A DNA stretch of 64,000 bases from Acidimicrobiales bacterium (GTDB lineage Bacteria > Actinomycetota > Acidimicrobiia > Acidimicrobiales > RAAP-2), in contig DATJTU010000118.1 of NCBI GenBank assembly GCA_035503015.1, forward strand, positions 573-64,572, given 5' to 3'. A program made the translations under genes and the position numbers. The stretch's first letter is position 1. Each line of letters begins with the position of its first letter. Below, piece after piece: positions 17,707 to 26,819 of this stretch. The notes beneath the pieces are model-generated. The model was not told where the DNA came from. It did not search any database and saw only the letters and a program-made list of their open reading frames with translations.

Positions 17707-19179
17707 TCAACTGTCCGCCCGCCACTCGGCGGCCCCCCACACCGACTCGTCGCTGCGGGGGCGTTCGGCGGCCGTCCACTCCGCCACGGTCGCGGCAGTG
17801 ACGACCTCCCCCTCGATCGCCTCGTCGTCGCCGCCACGTGTCCACACACCGCCACCTCGTGCCGGGCCGTCGTACATGCGTGCGCGTCGGCGTTGCCAGG
17901 GGTAGGGCTCCGCCCCGGACCGCGCCACGGGGAACGCGAGCACGACGAAGAGGAAGGGAAGCAGGAGGGTGCGCTCCCTCGTGATCAGGCCTAGATTCCC
18001 GAGGGCGGCGAACGCGAACACGAACACGACGCTGTAGAAGAGCGCTGTGAACACGTAGGGACGCTGGAGGCACAGGCGAGGCAGGTAGCGCAGGCGCGGG
18101 AGCGACACCAGAACCACGACGAGGATCAACGTGTTCTCGCCCCCGGCGAAGAGCTGGGTCACGCTGTGCGCCGAGAAGGGCAGCGGGTCGAAGAGGATGG
18201 TGTAGACGTCGCGCGGATACCAGAGCGGGTTGGAGGAGTACGTGACCGAGCTGCTGCCGAACCCCGCCCCCACGCCCTGGTTGTTCGCGGACAGCCGATT
18301 GAGGGAGTTCCCGATCCCGGTGTTGGTGATCGTGTGGAGGAAATGCGCGGCCTCGTAGGTCGAGATGATCACGGCAGCCGCGACGAACACGAACACCGCC
18401 CCCATGGTGAAGGCGTTCCGCGGGCGGCGGAGCGAGCCGCTGACCCTGCCCGTTGCGGCGCGGAACAACATTGCGATGGCAAAGCCGACGGCGAGGATCA
18501 CCAGTTCGTTCGGTCGGATGACCAGCGAGAGCGCGCTCCCGAGGACCATGTAGAGGTACCCGGTGCGCTGGCCCACCATGACCAGTGCGATGCCGTAGGC
18601 CGTCAGCCCGAGGCCGAAGAGCATGAACGACTCTTTGCTGACGTCGGCGGTCCAGAACAGCAAGGACGGGAAGAGGAAGATCAAGATCGCGTACCAGCGC
18701 CGATCGGCCCGTGGGAAGGTCGCCCGGAAGGCGAGGTAGAAGAACACGGTGCCCACGAACGCGAGCCATGAGCACACGAAGAAGGCGGCCAGCTGGTCGG
18801 GTCCGACGAACGTCATCACCACACCGCCCGCGATCGACACGGAACCGTTGCCGACGATGCCGTTGACCCCACTCCCCGCGAGCGTGAAGTGGCCGTTCCG
18901 CCACAGGTCCGCCAGCAGTGCGCCCTGGTGGTCGTAACGCAGCCAGTCGGCGACGCCGCCGTAGAAGTGGTCCACGACGAAGATCTGGAGGGGGGCGCAG
19001 ATCAGGTGCAAGAGCACGCTGGCGATCATGAGCTTGGCCAGCGCCGAATAGGTGTCGAAGCGTGCCACCCGCTTGGCGATGAGCACGCCGAGCCAGGCGA
19101 GCAACGCGGCGACCACGAGAGCGACTGGAAGGGTCGTCCCCGGCACGCTGGCCAGCGAAAGGAGCAATGGTGAGCTCAT
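17707..19179 (-). CDS. Polytopic membrane protein, Wzy/EpsG/GT-C-like candidate polymerase or ligase
   Basis: 490 aa and about 11-12 hydrophobic helices with larger loops. A GGAGGA Shine-Dalgarno sits inside the 10-nt spacer after the sulfotransferase stop (TGAGGAGGATCTCATG). Family not assigned. Confidence 0.6.
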   Translation of the reverse strand: MSSPLLLSLASVPGTTLPVALVVAALLAWLGVLIAKRVARFDTYSALAKLMIASVLLHLICAPLQIFVVDHFYGGVADWLRYDHQGALLADLWRNGHFTLAGSGVNGIVGNGSVSIAGGVVMTFVGPDQLAAFFVCSWLAFVGTVFFYLAFRATFPRADRRWYAILIFLFPSLLFWTADVSKESFMLFGLGLTAYGIALVMVGQRTGYLYMVLGSALSLVIRPNELVILAVGFAIAMLFRAATGRVSGSLRRPRNAFTMGAVFVFVAAAVIISTYEAAHFLHTITNTGIGNSLNRLSANNQGVGAGFGSSSVTYSSNPLWYPRDVYTILFDPLPFSAHSVTQLFAGGENTLILVVVLVSLPRLRYLPRLCLQRPYVFTALFYSVVFVFAFAALGNLGLITRERTLLLPFLFVVLAFPVARSGAEPYPWQRRRARMYDGPARGGGVWTRGGDDEAIEGEVVTAATVAEWTAAERPRSDESVWGAAEWRADS

Positions 19180-19189
19180 GAGATCCTCC

Positions 19190-20062
19190 TCACGCCCGCA
19201 CCAGGCGCGAGAAGTTGGGCCACAGACTGGGCTCGACGTCCGGGGTGCTCTCGACCAGTTTCATGACGTCGGGTGCGTAGACCTCGCGTAGGCGACGGCA
19301 CGCATCGTCGGGCAGTGCGACCTCGGTTCGTTTCTTGTTCACGTGCTCGGTCACCGCATCAGGTCTGAAGGGCGGCAACCCGAGGAACTGATACGTCCGT
19401 TCAAGCTCACCCCACGGGTCCTGCACGCAGCGCTCGTACTGGAGCACCAGGATCTGCTCGGGCGGGTAGTGCCGTCGCCACTCCTCGAGCGCCTGGCCGT
19501 AAAAGCCCCGCACCAGCGCGTCGGCATACACCTCCGCCGTCAACGCTCCTCTGTGCCCGCGATGGTGGGCCAGCCCGGAACCGAATCGTTCTACGGGATC
19601 GCGCAGGAGCACGAGAAGCTGCGCCCGCGGCGCCGTTTCCATGAGGAGCGGCGGGACCCAGCCGAGATGCAGATAGTCGGGCGTCCATTCTCCCGTCACC
19701 GTGCCGGCTCGGCGCGGGAACCAGCCGTGATATTGCGCACAATCCTCAGGCCCGAATGAGTTGGTCGCGAACCGGTCGAAGAAGTGCCGCTCCTTGTGGA
19801 TGTCGGCGCGGTGCGCCACCTCAGGATGTGACGCGATGAGCCCGAACCACCACGTGGTGCCGGCCTTTTGCGCGCCGATGCCGACGAAATCGGGAGGTCC
19901 CGCCACCTCGCCGGGCCCGGGAACTGGCGGCGTGAAGTCGAAGCCGTCCTCCCACGGCGCGAACCGCCCCCGGGCGTGGAGGACCGCTTGGCGCATCGAC
20001 GCCGGGAGCCGCAAGAACGTCGAACGCGCGAGATCTCTCAATGTCTCGGGCATTGCGTCCAC
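19190..20062 (-). CDS. Sulfotransferase (PAPS-dependent type)
   Basis: 5'-phosphosulfate loop GAQKAGTTWWF and 3'-phosphate motif LLRDPVERFGS. Size is 290 aa. Confidence 0.8.
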   Translation of the reverse strand: MDAMPETLRDLARSTFLRLPASMRQAVLHARGRFAPWEDGFDFTPPVPGPGEVAGPPDFVGIGAQKAGTTWWFGLIASHPEVAHRADIHKERHFFDRFATNSFGPEDCAQYHGWFPRRAGTVTGEWTPDYLHLGWVPPLLMETAPRAQLLVLLRDPVERFGSGLAHHRGHRGALTAEVYADALVRGFYGQALEEWRRHYPPEQILVLQYERCVQDPWGELERTYQFLGLPPFRPDAVTEHVNKKRTEVALPDDACRRLREVYAPDVMKLVESTPDVEPSLWPNFSRLVRA

Positions 20063-20260
20063 CTCATGACAGAGAAGGATGGTTCAGCCCCGACCGGCAC
20101 GCCACCAGCCTCACTGGACACGGGTGAACGCAACGCAACATCTTGGCCACATTCTGATGAAACGTAGGTGAAATCGTTACGGAACTGGCCCCCAGGCGGC
20201 CAGAAGACCAGAATGCCGGTCGTCATGGGGTCCGACACCGGTACGCCCTGCGGCCCTGCC
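20063..20260. promoter_or_regulatory. Divergent intergenic region (sulfotransferase operon / GT4-asnB operon)
   Basis: A gap of about 200 nt with visibly lower GC (gatgaaacgtaggtgaaatcgttacggaac) between divergent genes. No motif assigned. Confidence 0.3.
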
Positions 20261-21379
20261 ATGGGTCCCGGCATCCGTGTCCTGCACGTCATCCCGACCG
20301 GGCTCGGCCGCGGTGCTCAGCTCTTCGCGCGTGCACTGGTGGACCAGCTCGGGGGTCTCGGAGGCGGCCACCGGTTGGTCAGCCTCTTCGACGGCGAGGA
20401 CGACGTCGCCGTGGACGACGCGCTCGGGCTGCCTGGCGGCGCAAGCGCCGCGTCGGGCCTGCATCCTGGCGCGATTGCCACGCTCGCCTCCCGGTTGCGT
20501 CACTTCGACTACGACGTGGTCGTCGCACATGGGGGCGACGCGTTCAAGTACGTGGCTCTCTCCTGCCGGTCGCCCATCCTCTACTGCGTGATCGGGACCT
20601 GGCCTCAGGGTGCGCACCAGTCTGCTCGACGGGTGCTGTGGCGAGCGCTGGCGCGCCGTGCGGCGGTGGCAGCCGCCGTCTCCGACGATGTGGCGGACGA
20701 GTGTCGTGACGTGTTGGCGCTCCCCTCCGCGCGCATCATGGTGATCCCAAACGGTCGAGACGACCGCCGCTACGTGCCGGCACCCCGTCCGGCGGATCAT
20801 CCCCCGACGCTGCTGTTCGTCGGTCACCTCACGCATGGGAAACGACCGCACCTGTTCGTGCGGCTCGTCGAGCGGCTCCGCGCCGACGGGCACGCTGTCG
20901 CCGCACGCATGGTCGGCGCCGGCCCGCTGGAGAGTCAGCTTGTATCGGATGCTGCGCGCGCCGGGATCGAGATGCTCGGGTGGACCCCCGACGTCGTGCC
21001 GGAGCTCCAAAAGGCAGACGTGTTCGTCTTTCCCAGCGCGCCCGAAGGCGAGGGGATGCCCGGCGTGTTGATCGAGGCCGGGTTGTGCGAACTCCCAGCC
21101 GTGTCAACGCGCGTCGCGGGAGCCTCGACGGTGATCGACGACGGAGCGACGGGCCTGCTCGTCCCTGTCGACGACTTCGGCGCACTGGTGGATGCCACCG
21201 CGGAGCTCATCGTGCACCCTGCACGGCGCCTCGCCATGGGCGCTGCGGCGAGGCGGCGCTGCGAGGAGCACTTTTCCCTCGAGGTGGTGGCGTCCCGCTG
21301 GGAGGAAGTCCTGCGCGCCGTGACGACGCGGCACGCGCACTCGCGGAGAGTGGGCGCCACTGCGCGCCCTGCACGCTGA
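20261..21379 (+). CDS. Glycosyltransferase family 4
   Basis: ATG at 20261 (MGPGIRVLHVIPTGLGRGAQ). Block FPSAPEGEGMPGVLIEAGLCELPAVSTRVAG. The ORF-track start at 20168 adds an unlikely leader. Confidence 0.8.
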   Translation: MGPGIRVLHVIPTGLGRGAQLFARALVDQLGGLGGGHRLVSLFDGEDDVAVDDALGLPGGASAASGLHPGAIATLASRLRHFDYDVVVAHGGDAFKYVALSCRSPILYCVIGTWPQGAHQSARRVLWRALARRAAVAAAVSDDVADECRDVLALPSARIMVIPNGRDDRRYVPAPRPADHPPTLLFVGHLTHGKRPHLFVRLVERLRADGHAVAARMVGAGPLESQLVSDAARAGIEMLGWTPDVVPELQKADVFVFPSAPEGEGMPGVLIEAGLCELPAVSTRVAGASTVIDDGATGLLVPVDDFGALVDATAELIVHPARRLAMGAAARRRCEEHFSLEVVASRWEEVLRAVTTRHAHSRRVGATARPAR

Positions 21380-23340
21380 TGTGCGGCATCGCGGGCGTGA
21401 TGGACACCACCGGGACGCAGGAGCGCGAGCTCGGCCGGATGGCGTCGGCAATGGCGGCGACGCTCACCCACCGCGGGCCCGATGACTTTGGGCTTTGGGT
21501 CGACACCGGTGTGGCGTTGGCCCAGCGCCGCCTCGAGGTCGTGGGCAAGGGCGTGCAAGGCCGCCAGCCGATGCGGGCCGGCGCCTGGGTTCTCAACTAC
21601 AACGGCGAGCTCTACAACACGCCTGAAATTCGGGCTGCCCTCCACGCGGTTGGCAGGAGGCTGCAGGGATCGTCGGACACCGAGGCGATGGTGGCCGCGC
21701 TGGACACGTGGGGGCTCGACGAGACCTTGCGGCGAGTGGAGGGGATGTTCGCCTTCGCCGCATGGGACGCTCGGACTCGTGAGCTCCACCTGGTGCGCGA
21801 CCGCTTCGGGGAGAAGCCGCTCTTCTATGGCTGGGCTGGCGGCCGCTTTGCCTTCGCGTCGGAGCTGAAGGCGTTCCACGCACTCCCCGACTTCCACCCG
21901 CGCATCGATCGTGCTGCCGTCGGCGCCTTTCTCCAACGCAGTTGCGTCCCCGCGCCGCAGTGCATCTACGAAGGTCTCGCCAAGGTGCTGCCCGGGTCCG
22001 TCGTCACTGTTCACGGCGCCATTCGCCCTCCCTCATTGCCGGGGCAACGCGCCTACTGGTCGGCCGACCAGGCGATCCGCGACGCGGAACAGCTCCCACC
22101 CCTCTGCGACGACCGGGAGGCAGAAGAGGTGGTGGCGTCGGCGCTCTCGGATGCAGTCGCGGCTCGCATGGTCGCGGATGTCCCGGTGGGAGCGCTGTTG
22201 TCGGGAGGCATCGACTCGAGCCTCGTGGTCGCGCTCATGCAGACGCACGCTGCCCATCCGGTCCGGACGTTCACGGTCGCCTTCGAAGAACGGTCCTACG
22301 ACGAATCGGCCTCGGCTGCCGCGGTCGCGGCACACCTCGGGACCGAGCACACCAGCGTCGAGATGCCAGAGCGCGAGGTCTTGGACCTCGTGCCACGTCT
22401 GGCCGAGATCTGGGACGAACCGTTCTCGGACAGTTCGCAGCTGCCGACCCACCTCGTGGCCGCAGTCGCACGTCGCGCCGTCACAGTTGCGCTCTCGGGC
22501 GACGGCGGTGACGAGCTCTTCGCCGGCTACAACCGGCATGCCTGGCTCGACCGGGTATGGCGCTGGACCACCCCGATTCCGCAGGGGATTCGGCGCCGGG
22601 TCGGAGCCGCCACCCGTTTCGTCCCGGCGGGCGCCGTCGAGGCGACGGTGGCACTGCTCCCCGAACGCCGACGCGTGCGCCTGCCGTCGAACAAGGTGGC
22701 CAAGCTCGGTCGGGTGCTCCAGGCTGCCACCGTGCAAGAGGCGTACGGGTCACTCGTCGCGCACTGGGAGCGCCCCGAAGCGCTGGTCCTGGGTCTCGAA
22801 CAGCCGCCCGTCGCCGCCGACCTCGGCACAGGTAACCCGGCAGCGTCGTCCCAACTGCCCGCCTGGGACGGCCACGGCGACGTGACGGCCGAGCTGCTGA
22901 AGACGGACCTCACTACCTACCTCCCCGATGACGTCCTCACCAAGGTCGACCGCGCTTCGATGGCCGTCTCCTTGGAGACCCGCGCGCCGTTCCTCGACCG
23001 GCGCGTCCTCGAGGTGGCGTGGCGTCTGCCCACGTCCTCGAAAGTGCGCGACGGCACCTCGAAATGGATGTTGCGCAAGGTTCTGCATCGGTACGTGCCA
23101 CCCGCGCTCGTCGACCGACCCAAGATGGGATTCGGCGTCCCGCTGGGGCAGTGGCTCCGTGGCCCGCTGCGCCCGTGGGCCGAAGAGCTCCTCTCGACCC
23201 GCGCGCTCACCAGCCACGGCCTCATCGACCCCGCGCCCGTCCGGCGAGCCTGGATCCAACACACTGACGGCAAGCGCGACCTGGGCTATGAGCTCTGGGA
23301 CGTCCTGATGCTCCAGTCCTGGCTCGACCGCTGGACCTGA
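21379..23340 (+). CDS. asnB: Asparagine synthase (glutamine-hydrolysing) family amidotransferase
   Basis: The N-terminal MCGIAG gives the Ntn catalytic Cys2. PP-loop LSGGIDSS. The ATG at 21379 shares one nt with the upstream TGA (TGATG). Confidence 0.9.
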   Translation: MCGIAGVMDTTGTQERELGRMASAMAATLTHRGPDDFGLWVDTGVALAQRRLEVVGKGVQGRQPMRAGAWVLNYNGELYNTPEIRAALHAVGRRLQGSSDTEAMVAALDTWGLDETLRRVEGMFAFAAWDARTRELHLVRDRFGEKPLFYGWAGGRFAFASELKAFHALPDFHPRIDRAAVGAFLQRSCVPAPQCIYEGLAKVLPGSVVTVHGAIRPPSLPGQRAYWSADQAIRDAEQLPPLCDDREAEEVVASALSDAVAARMVADVPVGALLSGGIDSSLVVALMQTHAAHPVRTFTVAFEERSYDESASAAAVAAHLGTEHTSVEMPEREVLDLVPRLAEIWDEPFSDSSQLPTHLVAAVARRAVTVALSGDGGDELFAGYNRHAWLDRVWRWTTPIPQGIRRRVGAATRFVPAGAVEATVALLPERRRVRLPSNKVAKLGRVLQAATVQEAYGSLVAHWERPEALVLGLEQPPVAADLGTGNPAASSQLPAWDGHGDVTAELLKTDLTTYLPDDVLTKVDRASMAVSLETRAPFLDRRVLEVAWRLPTSSKVRDGTSKWMLRKVLHRYVPPALVDRPKMGFGVPLGQWLRGPLRPWAEELLSTRALTSHGLIDPAPVRRAWIQHTDGKRDLGYELWDVLMLQSWLDRWT

Positions 23341-23381
23341 GGTCTCCAAGCCCTCTTCGTTGCTACCCGCTGAGACCTCTG

Positions 23382-23407
23382 AATTGGTGCTTGTTAATTG
23401 GTGCTTG
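23382..23407. repeat. Tandem AT-rich 12-mer (aattggtgcttg x2, 14-nt period)
   Basis: Reads aattggtgcttg tt aattggtgcttg, in the convergent gap between asnB (end 23340) and the small minus-strand gene (end 23442). Confidence 0.9.
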
Positions 23408-23441
23408 CCGGCGTCCCTTCATCCGCGCCTCTGGGAGCGGC

Positions 23442-23753
23442 TTACTCGCGGACCTCGACCTCGGGGTGCGCGCCACCCTCGAGCGCGGCGATGCCCAGAC
23501 TCCGGTCCAGGGACTCGAGATCTGTCGGCCCGCCGTTCGACTCGCCCGCACGAATGAGATCCGCACCTCCGATCGCGCCCACGTCCGGCTCGACGAGCTG
23601 CGGGACCTGGGTGGGCTCTTCGTCGGGGGGGTCGTCGTAGGACTCCACGTCTCCGTCCCGGACGAGCTTGGTGGGCGTCCCGTCCGAGAGCCAGCGCGCC
23701 TCGTGACGCCCGAAAGGATCGGTGCACCAGCCCTCGAGTCCTTCTTTGTCCAT
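23442..23753 (-). CDS. Small acidic protein with a DUF2510-like N-terminal motif
   Basis: 103 aa from the ATG at 23751-23753. GWCTDPFGRHEARWLSDGTPT resembles the GWYPDP..G....RYWDG..WT motif. The rest of ORF 23442..24359 runs antisense to the methyltransferase and was discarded. Confidence 0.45.
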   Translation of the reverse strand: MDKEGLEGWCTDPFGRHEARWLSDGTPTKLVRDGDVESYDDPPDEEPTQVPQLVEPDVGAIGGADLIRAGESNGGPTDLESLDRSLGIAALEGGAHPEVEVRE

Positions 23754-23990
23754 TGCGGTCGCCGTCCCTTCCTTCCGGACGGCGATCCCTGGCCGCGATC
23801 GCCGCCGGCACCGACGGTACAGCCGTCGCGAGCGCGAAACGAGGCTGAGGCCGTGGCCGACACGCCCCCAGGCATCCCGTGCGAACACCAGCTGTCCGGC
23901 TGGTGATCGGATGGCAAACCACGGCCGGCCCCTCGAGACGACCTCGACGCAGGAAGTTGCCCGCTGCGACGACGGTAGCCTCGTGCCGCT

Positions 23991-24836
23991 ATGCACGCCT
24001 CGTCGCTCGAGAAGGTACGAGCCTTCAGGAACGCCTACCTCAGCGAGCGTGCGGAGCCAATCCAGGTCCTTGATATCGGGTCGGGAAGCAGGGCCGATGG
24101 CTACAGCTACCGGAACCTCTTTCCGGCGCCGTCGTTCGACTACGTGGGTCTCGACGTGGAGCCGGGGCACAACGTCGACGTCGTGCCGATGGATCCGTTC
24201 TCTTGGTCTGAGGTCGACACCGAGTCGGTCGACGTCGCAGTGTCGGGGCAGGCCTTCGAACACACGCCCTACTTCTGGATCACGGCGGCCGAGATGAGTC
24301 GTGTCCTGCGGCAAGGCGGCTTTGCGGTGGTCATCGCGCCGTCGAAGGGACGCGTCCACCGCTTTCCGCTCGATTGTTGGCGGTTCTATCCCGATTCGTG
24401 GGCCGCCTTGTGCGCCTACGTCGGGCTGGACCTGATCGAGACGTCGACGGAATCGACCTCATGGCGCACGGTCATCCCCGGCGTCTACTGGGGGGACGCA
24501 CTGATGATCGCCCGGAAGCCGGCGCTCACGGACGAGACCACGGAGAAGGCGTATTACGACCGCCTGCGCGCCATCGTGGAGACGCGCGCCGTCACTCCGG
24601 TTCCTGCACCCGGCCCAGGTCGGGCCTCTCGGTCCTATCGGTCACTCCACAGCGAGTCGACACCTCGCACGTTGTCCAAGCTGGCGTATCGAATGGCCCA
24701 GCCGCTTTCACCCGACCTCCGGCAGCCGCGGCTGCTCCGGTCCTTTCGTAGGCGCGTCATGGCTGCCAGCGAGCGGGACGCGCTTCGACGCAGTGAGGCA
24801 GCCATGCCATGGCCACCGCCGCGCCAGCATCGCTGA
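23991..24836 (+). CDS. Class I SAM-dependent methyltransferase
   Basis: Motif I VLDIGSGS. Post-I acidic residue in VGLDVE. Methyltransf_11-like block VSGQAFEHTP...LRQGGFAVVIAP. Confidence 0.75.
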   Translation: MHASSLEKVRAFRNAYLSERAEPIQVLDIGSGSRADGYSYRNLFPAPSFDYVGLDVEPGHNVDVVPMDPFSWSEVDTESVDVAVSGQAFEHTPYFWITAAEMSRVLRQGGFAVVIAPSKGRVHRFPLDCWRFYPDSWAALCAYVGLDLIETSTESTSWRTVIPGVYWGDALMIARKPALTDETTEKAYYDRLRAIVETRAVTPVPAPGPGRASRSYRSLHSESTPRTLSKLAYRMAQPLSPDLRQPRLLRSFRRRVMAASERDALRRSEAAMPWPPPRQHR

Positions 24837-26035
24837 CGATTCGATCGCCAGGTCCGTTGCGCATCTTGATCACGGCCAATTACCTCGATGCCGCGGGGGG
24901 CCTGGAGCGGACGCAACTCACGAACTGCGCGGGGCTGGCTCGCCGCGGGCACCGGCTCGACCTCGTCTACGTCCACAGCGGTTCGTTCGAACCGGACTGG
25001 CGCGACATGGCCGAGACGATGAGCCAGGTGCCGGGCACCTTGCCTCGCCGGGCACACCCGCTGCGCTCGACGTTCGACGTGACCGCCGCGGTGCGGCGGG
25101 CGCGTCGCCTCCAGCCCGACGTCGTGTACGTCTATCGCTACTGGGACCTTCCGTTCGCGGTCGCCGTGGCCCGGGGCCGCCCGACGGCGGTCGTCTACCA
25201 CCTGTGCCTCCCGCCGCCAGACCCGCTGCCGCGTTGGCTGCGCGCCGTGCTGGGGCGGGTGGACGCCACCGTCTCGGTCTCGCGCCACACCCTCGACCTT
25301 TGGAGGGACACAGGTCTCGATCTGAGCCGCGCCACGGTCGCGCTCACGGCGGTCGACATCGACCACTTCGCTCCCGGTGATGCTCGGACCAGGGCCCACA
25401 CGCGATCGGACCTCGGTCTCGGTGAGGAGGACTTCGTCATCCTCTTCGCTGGGCGCATCAGCCCCGAGAAAGGCATCGACGTCCTCGTGGAAGCCTTCGG
25501 CCAACTGTCTCCCTTACTTCCCAGGGGGCGATTGGTCGTGGTCGGCTCCCCGTCGCCTGCGAGCTCCGGTCTCTCGAGCCCCTACGAGTCGAGGCTCCAC
25601 GCGCTCGGCGACGGACTGCCCGTGACCTGGCTCCCCCGCAGAGCTGATGTGGTTCCTCTTTTGCAAGCGGCCGACGTCGCCGTGGTGCCGAGCCGCTGGC
25701 CCGAACCCCTCTCGCGCTCGATCATCGAGCCTCTCGCTTGCGGCGTCCCGGTCGTGGCGACCGACGTCGGCGGCTCGCCAGAGGTGCTCACCGGCTGGTT
25801 GTCCGAGTACCTCGTCCCTTCCGACGACCCTGGTGCGCTGGCCGCGCGGCTGCAGGCGCTCCACGACTGGCGCACGAACGACCCGGAGCTCGGGGAACGG
25901 TGCCGTCAGGCTGCCGAGTCCCGGCTGTCGCTGAGTGACGAGCTGGACGTCGTCGAGGCAACGATGCGTGGGGCCGTGGGAGCTGCGAGAACCAAGAGAC
26001 GGCGCCGGCGAGAGGCGGGACATCGTGCCCGCTGA
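24809..26035 (+). CDS. Glycosyltransferase family 4
   Basis: Block VPSRWPEPLSRSIIEPLACGVPVVATDVGGSPE, with N-terminal ITANYLDAAGGLERTQ. Confidence 0.8.
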   Translation: MATAAPASLTIRSPGPLRILITANYLDAAGGLERTQLTNCAGLARRGHRLDLVYVHSGSFEPDWRDMAETMSQVPGTLPRRAHPLRSTFDVTAAVRRARRLQPDVVYVYRYWDLPFAVAVARGRPTAVVYHLCLPPPDPLPRWLRAVLGRVDATVSVSRHTLDLWRDTGLDLSRATVALTAVDIDHFAPGDARTRAHTRSDLGLGEEDFVILFAGRISPEKGIDVLVEAFGQLSPLLPRGRLVVVGSPSPASSGLSSPYESRLHALGDGLPVTWLPRRADVVPLLQAADVAVVPSRWPEPLSRSIIEPLACGVPVVATDVGGSPEVLTGWLSEYLVPSDDPGALAARLQALHDWRTNDPELGERCRQAAESRLSLSDELDVVEATMRGAVGAARTKRRRRREAGHRAR

Positions 26036-26816
26036 GGCACCGACCGTCGTGCTGCTCGGCGATCGGAGCCCAGCAACGGCCTCGGTTGTGCATGCTCTGG
26101 TCGCCCATCTCGCCGGGCGCGCTGAACTGAAGGTGATCCTCGAGGAGTCTCCTTCGCGTGCAACCCTGGCCCGGCGGCGAGCCAGCAAGCTCGGTTGGCG
26201 GACGGTCGCAGGCCAGATCGCGTTCGTTGGCCTCATCGTGCCCGTCCTCCGCCGGCGCGGACGCCCACGGGTGGCACAGATCGGGCGAGATCACGGCCTG
26301 GATCTCACCCCCGTGCGCGACGCCGAATTCGTGGAGTCTGTGAACGACGATCGCACTGTCGCCGCCGTCGCCGACCAGAAGCCGGCCCTCGTCGTGGTCC
26401 ACGGGACCCGCATCATCTCGCGCTCGGTCCTCGAGACCATTGGCGTACCGGTGCTCAACGTCCACGCAGGGGTGACGCCGCGCTACCGGGGCGTGCACGG
26501 TGGGTACTGGGCGCTCCGGGAAAGGCGACCAGAGCTCGTCGGATCGACCGTGCACCTGGTGGACCCGGGTATCGACACGGGCGGCATACTCGCCCAGGCG
26601 ACCTTCGCTATCGACGCGAGCGACTCGATCGCGACGTATCCCTACCTGCACATCGCCTGCGCATTGCCACTCCTGCTCGACCAGGTCGACGCCGTCCTCG
26701 CTGGAGCCCCTCCGACGGTCGTGGACCCCCTTCCCGGCGCCGGCGACTCCCAGCTGCGGACGCATCCCACCGCGCGGGACTACCTCACGGCGCGGCGCCG
26801 CGACAAAGTTCGCTGA
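26025..26816 (+). CDS. Formyltransferase (N10-formyl-THF-dependent, sugar N-formyltransferase candidate)
   Basis: Formyl_trans_N core LNVHAGVTPRYRGVHG and HLVDPGIDTGGILAQ (His/Asp catalytic context). A GTG start at 26025 is proposed, overlapping the GT4 end by 11 nt. The ORF-track start is 25935. Confidence 0.75.
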   Translation: MPAEAPTVVLLGDRSPATASVVHALVAHLAGRAELKVILEESPSRATLARRRASKLGWRTVAGQIAFVGLIVPVLRRRGRPRVAQIGRDHGLDLTPVRDAEFVESVNDDRTVAAVADQKPALVVVHGTRIISRSVLETIGVPVLNVHAGVTPRYRGVHGGYWALRERRPELVGSTVHLVDPGIDTGGILAQATFAIDASDSIATYPYLHIACALPLLLDQVDAVLAGAPPTVVDPLPGAGDSQLRTHPTARDYLTARRRDKVR

Positions 26817-26819
26817 ACC

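Noticed and set aside
23754-24359. Upstream two-thirds of minus-strand ORF 23442..24359.
   Set aside because: It is antisense to the SAM methyltransferase (clear VLDIGSG motif) and Arg/Asp-rich. Only the last 103 codons, starting at an ATG with a DUF2510-like motif, look like a protein.
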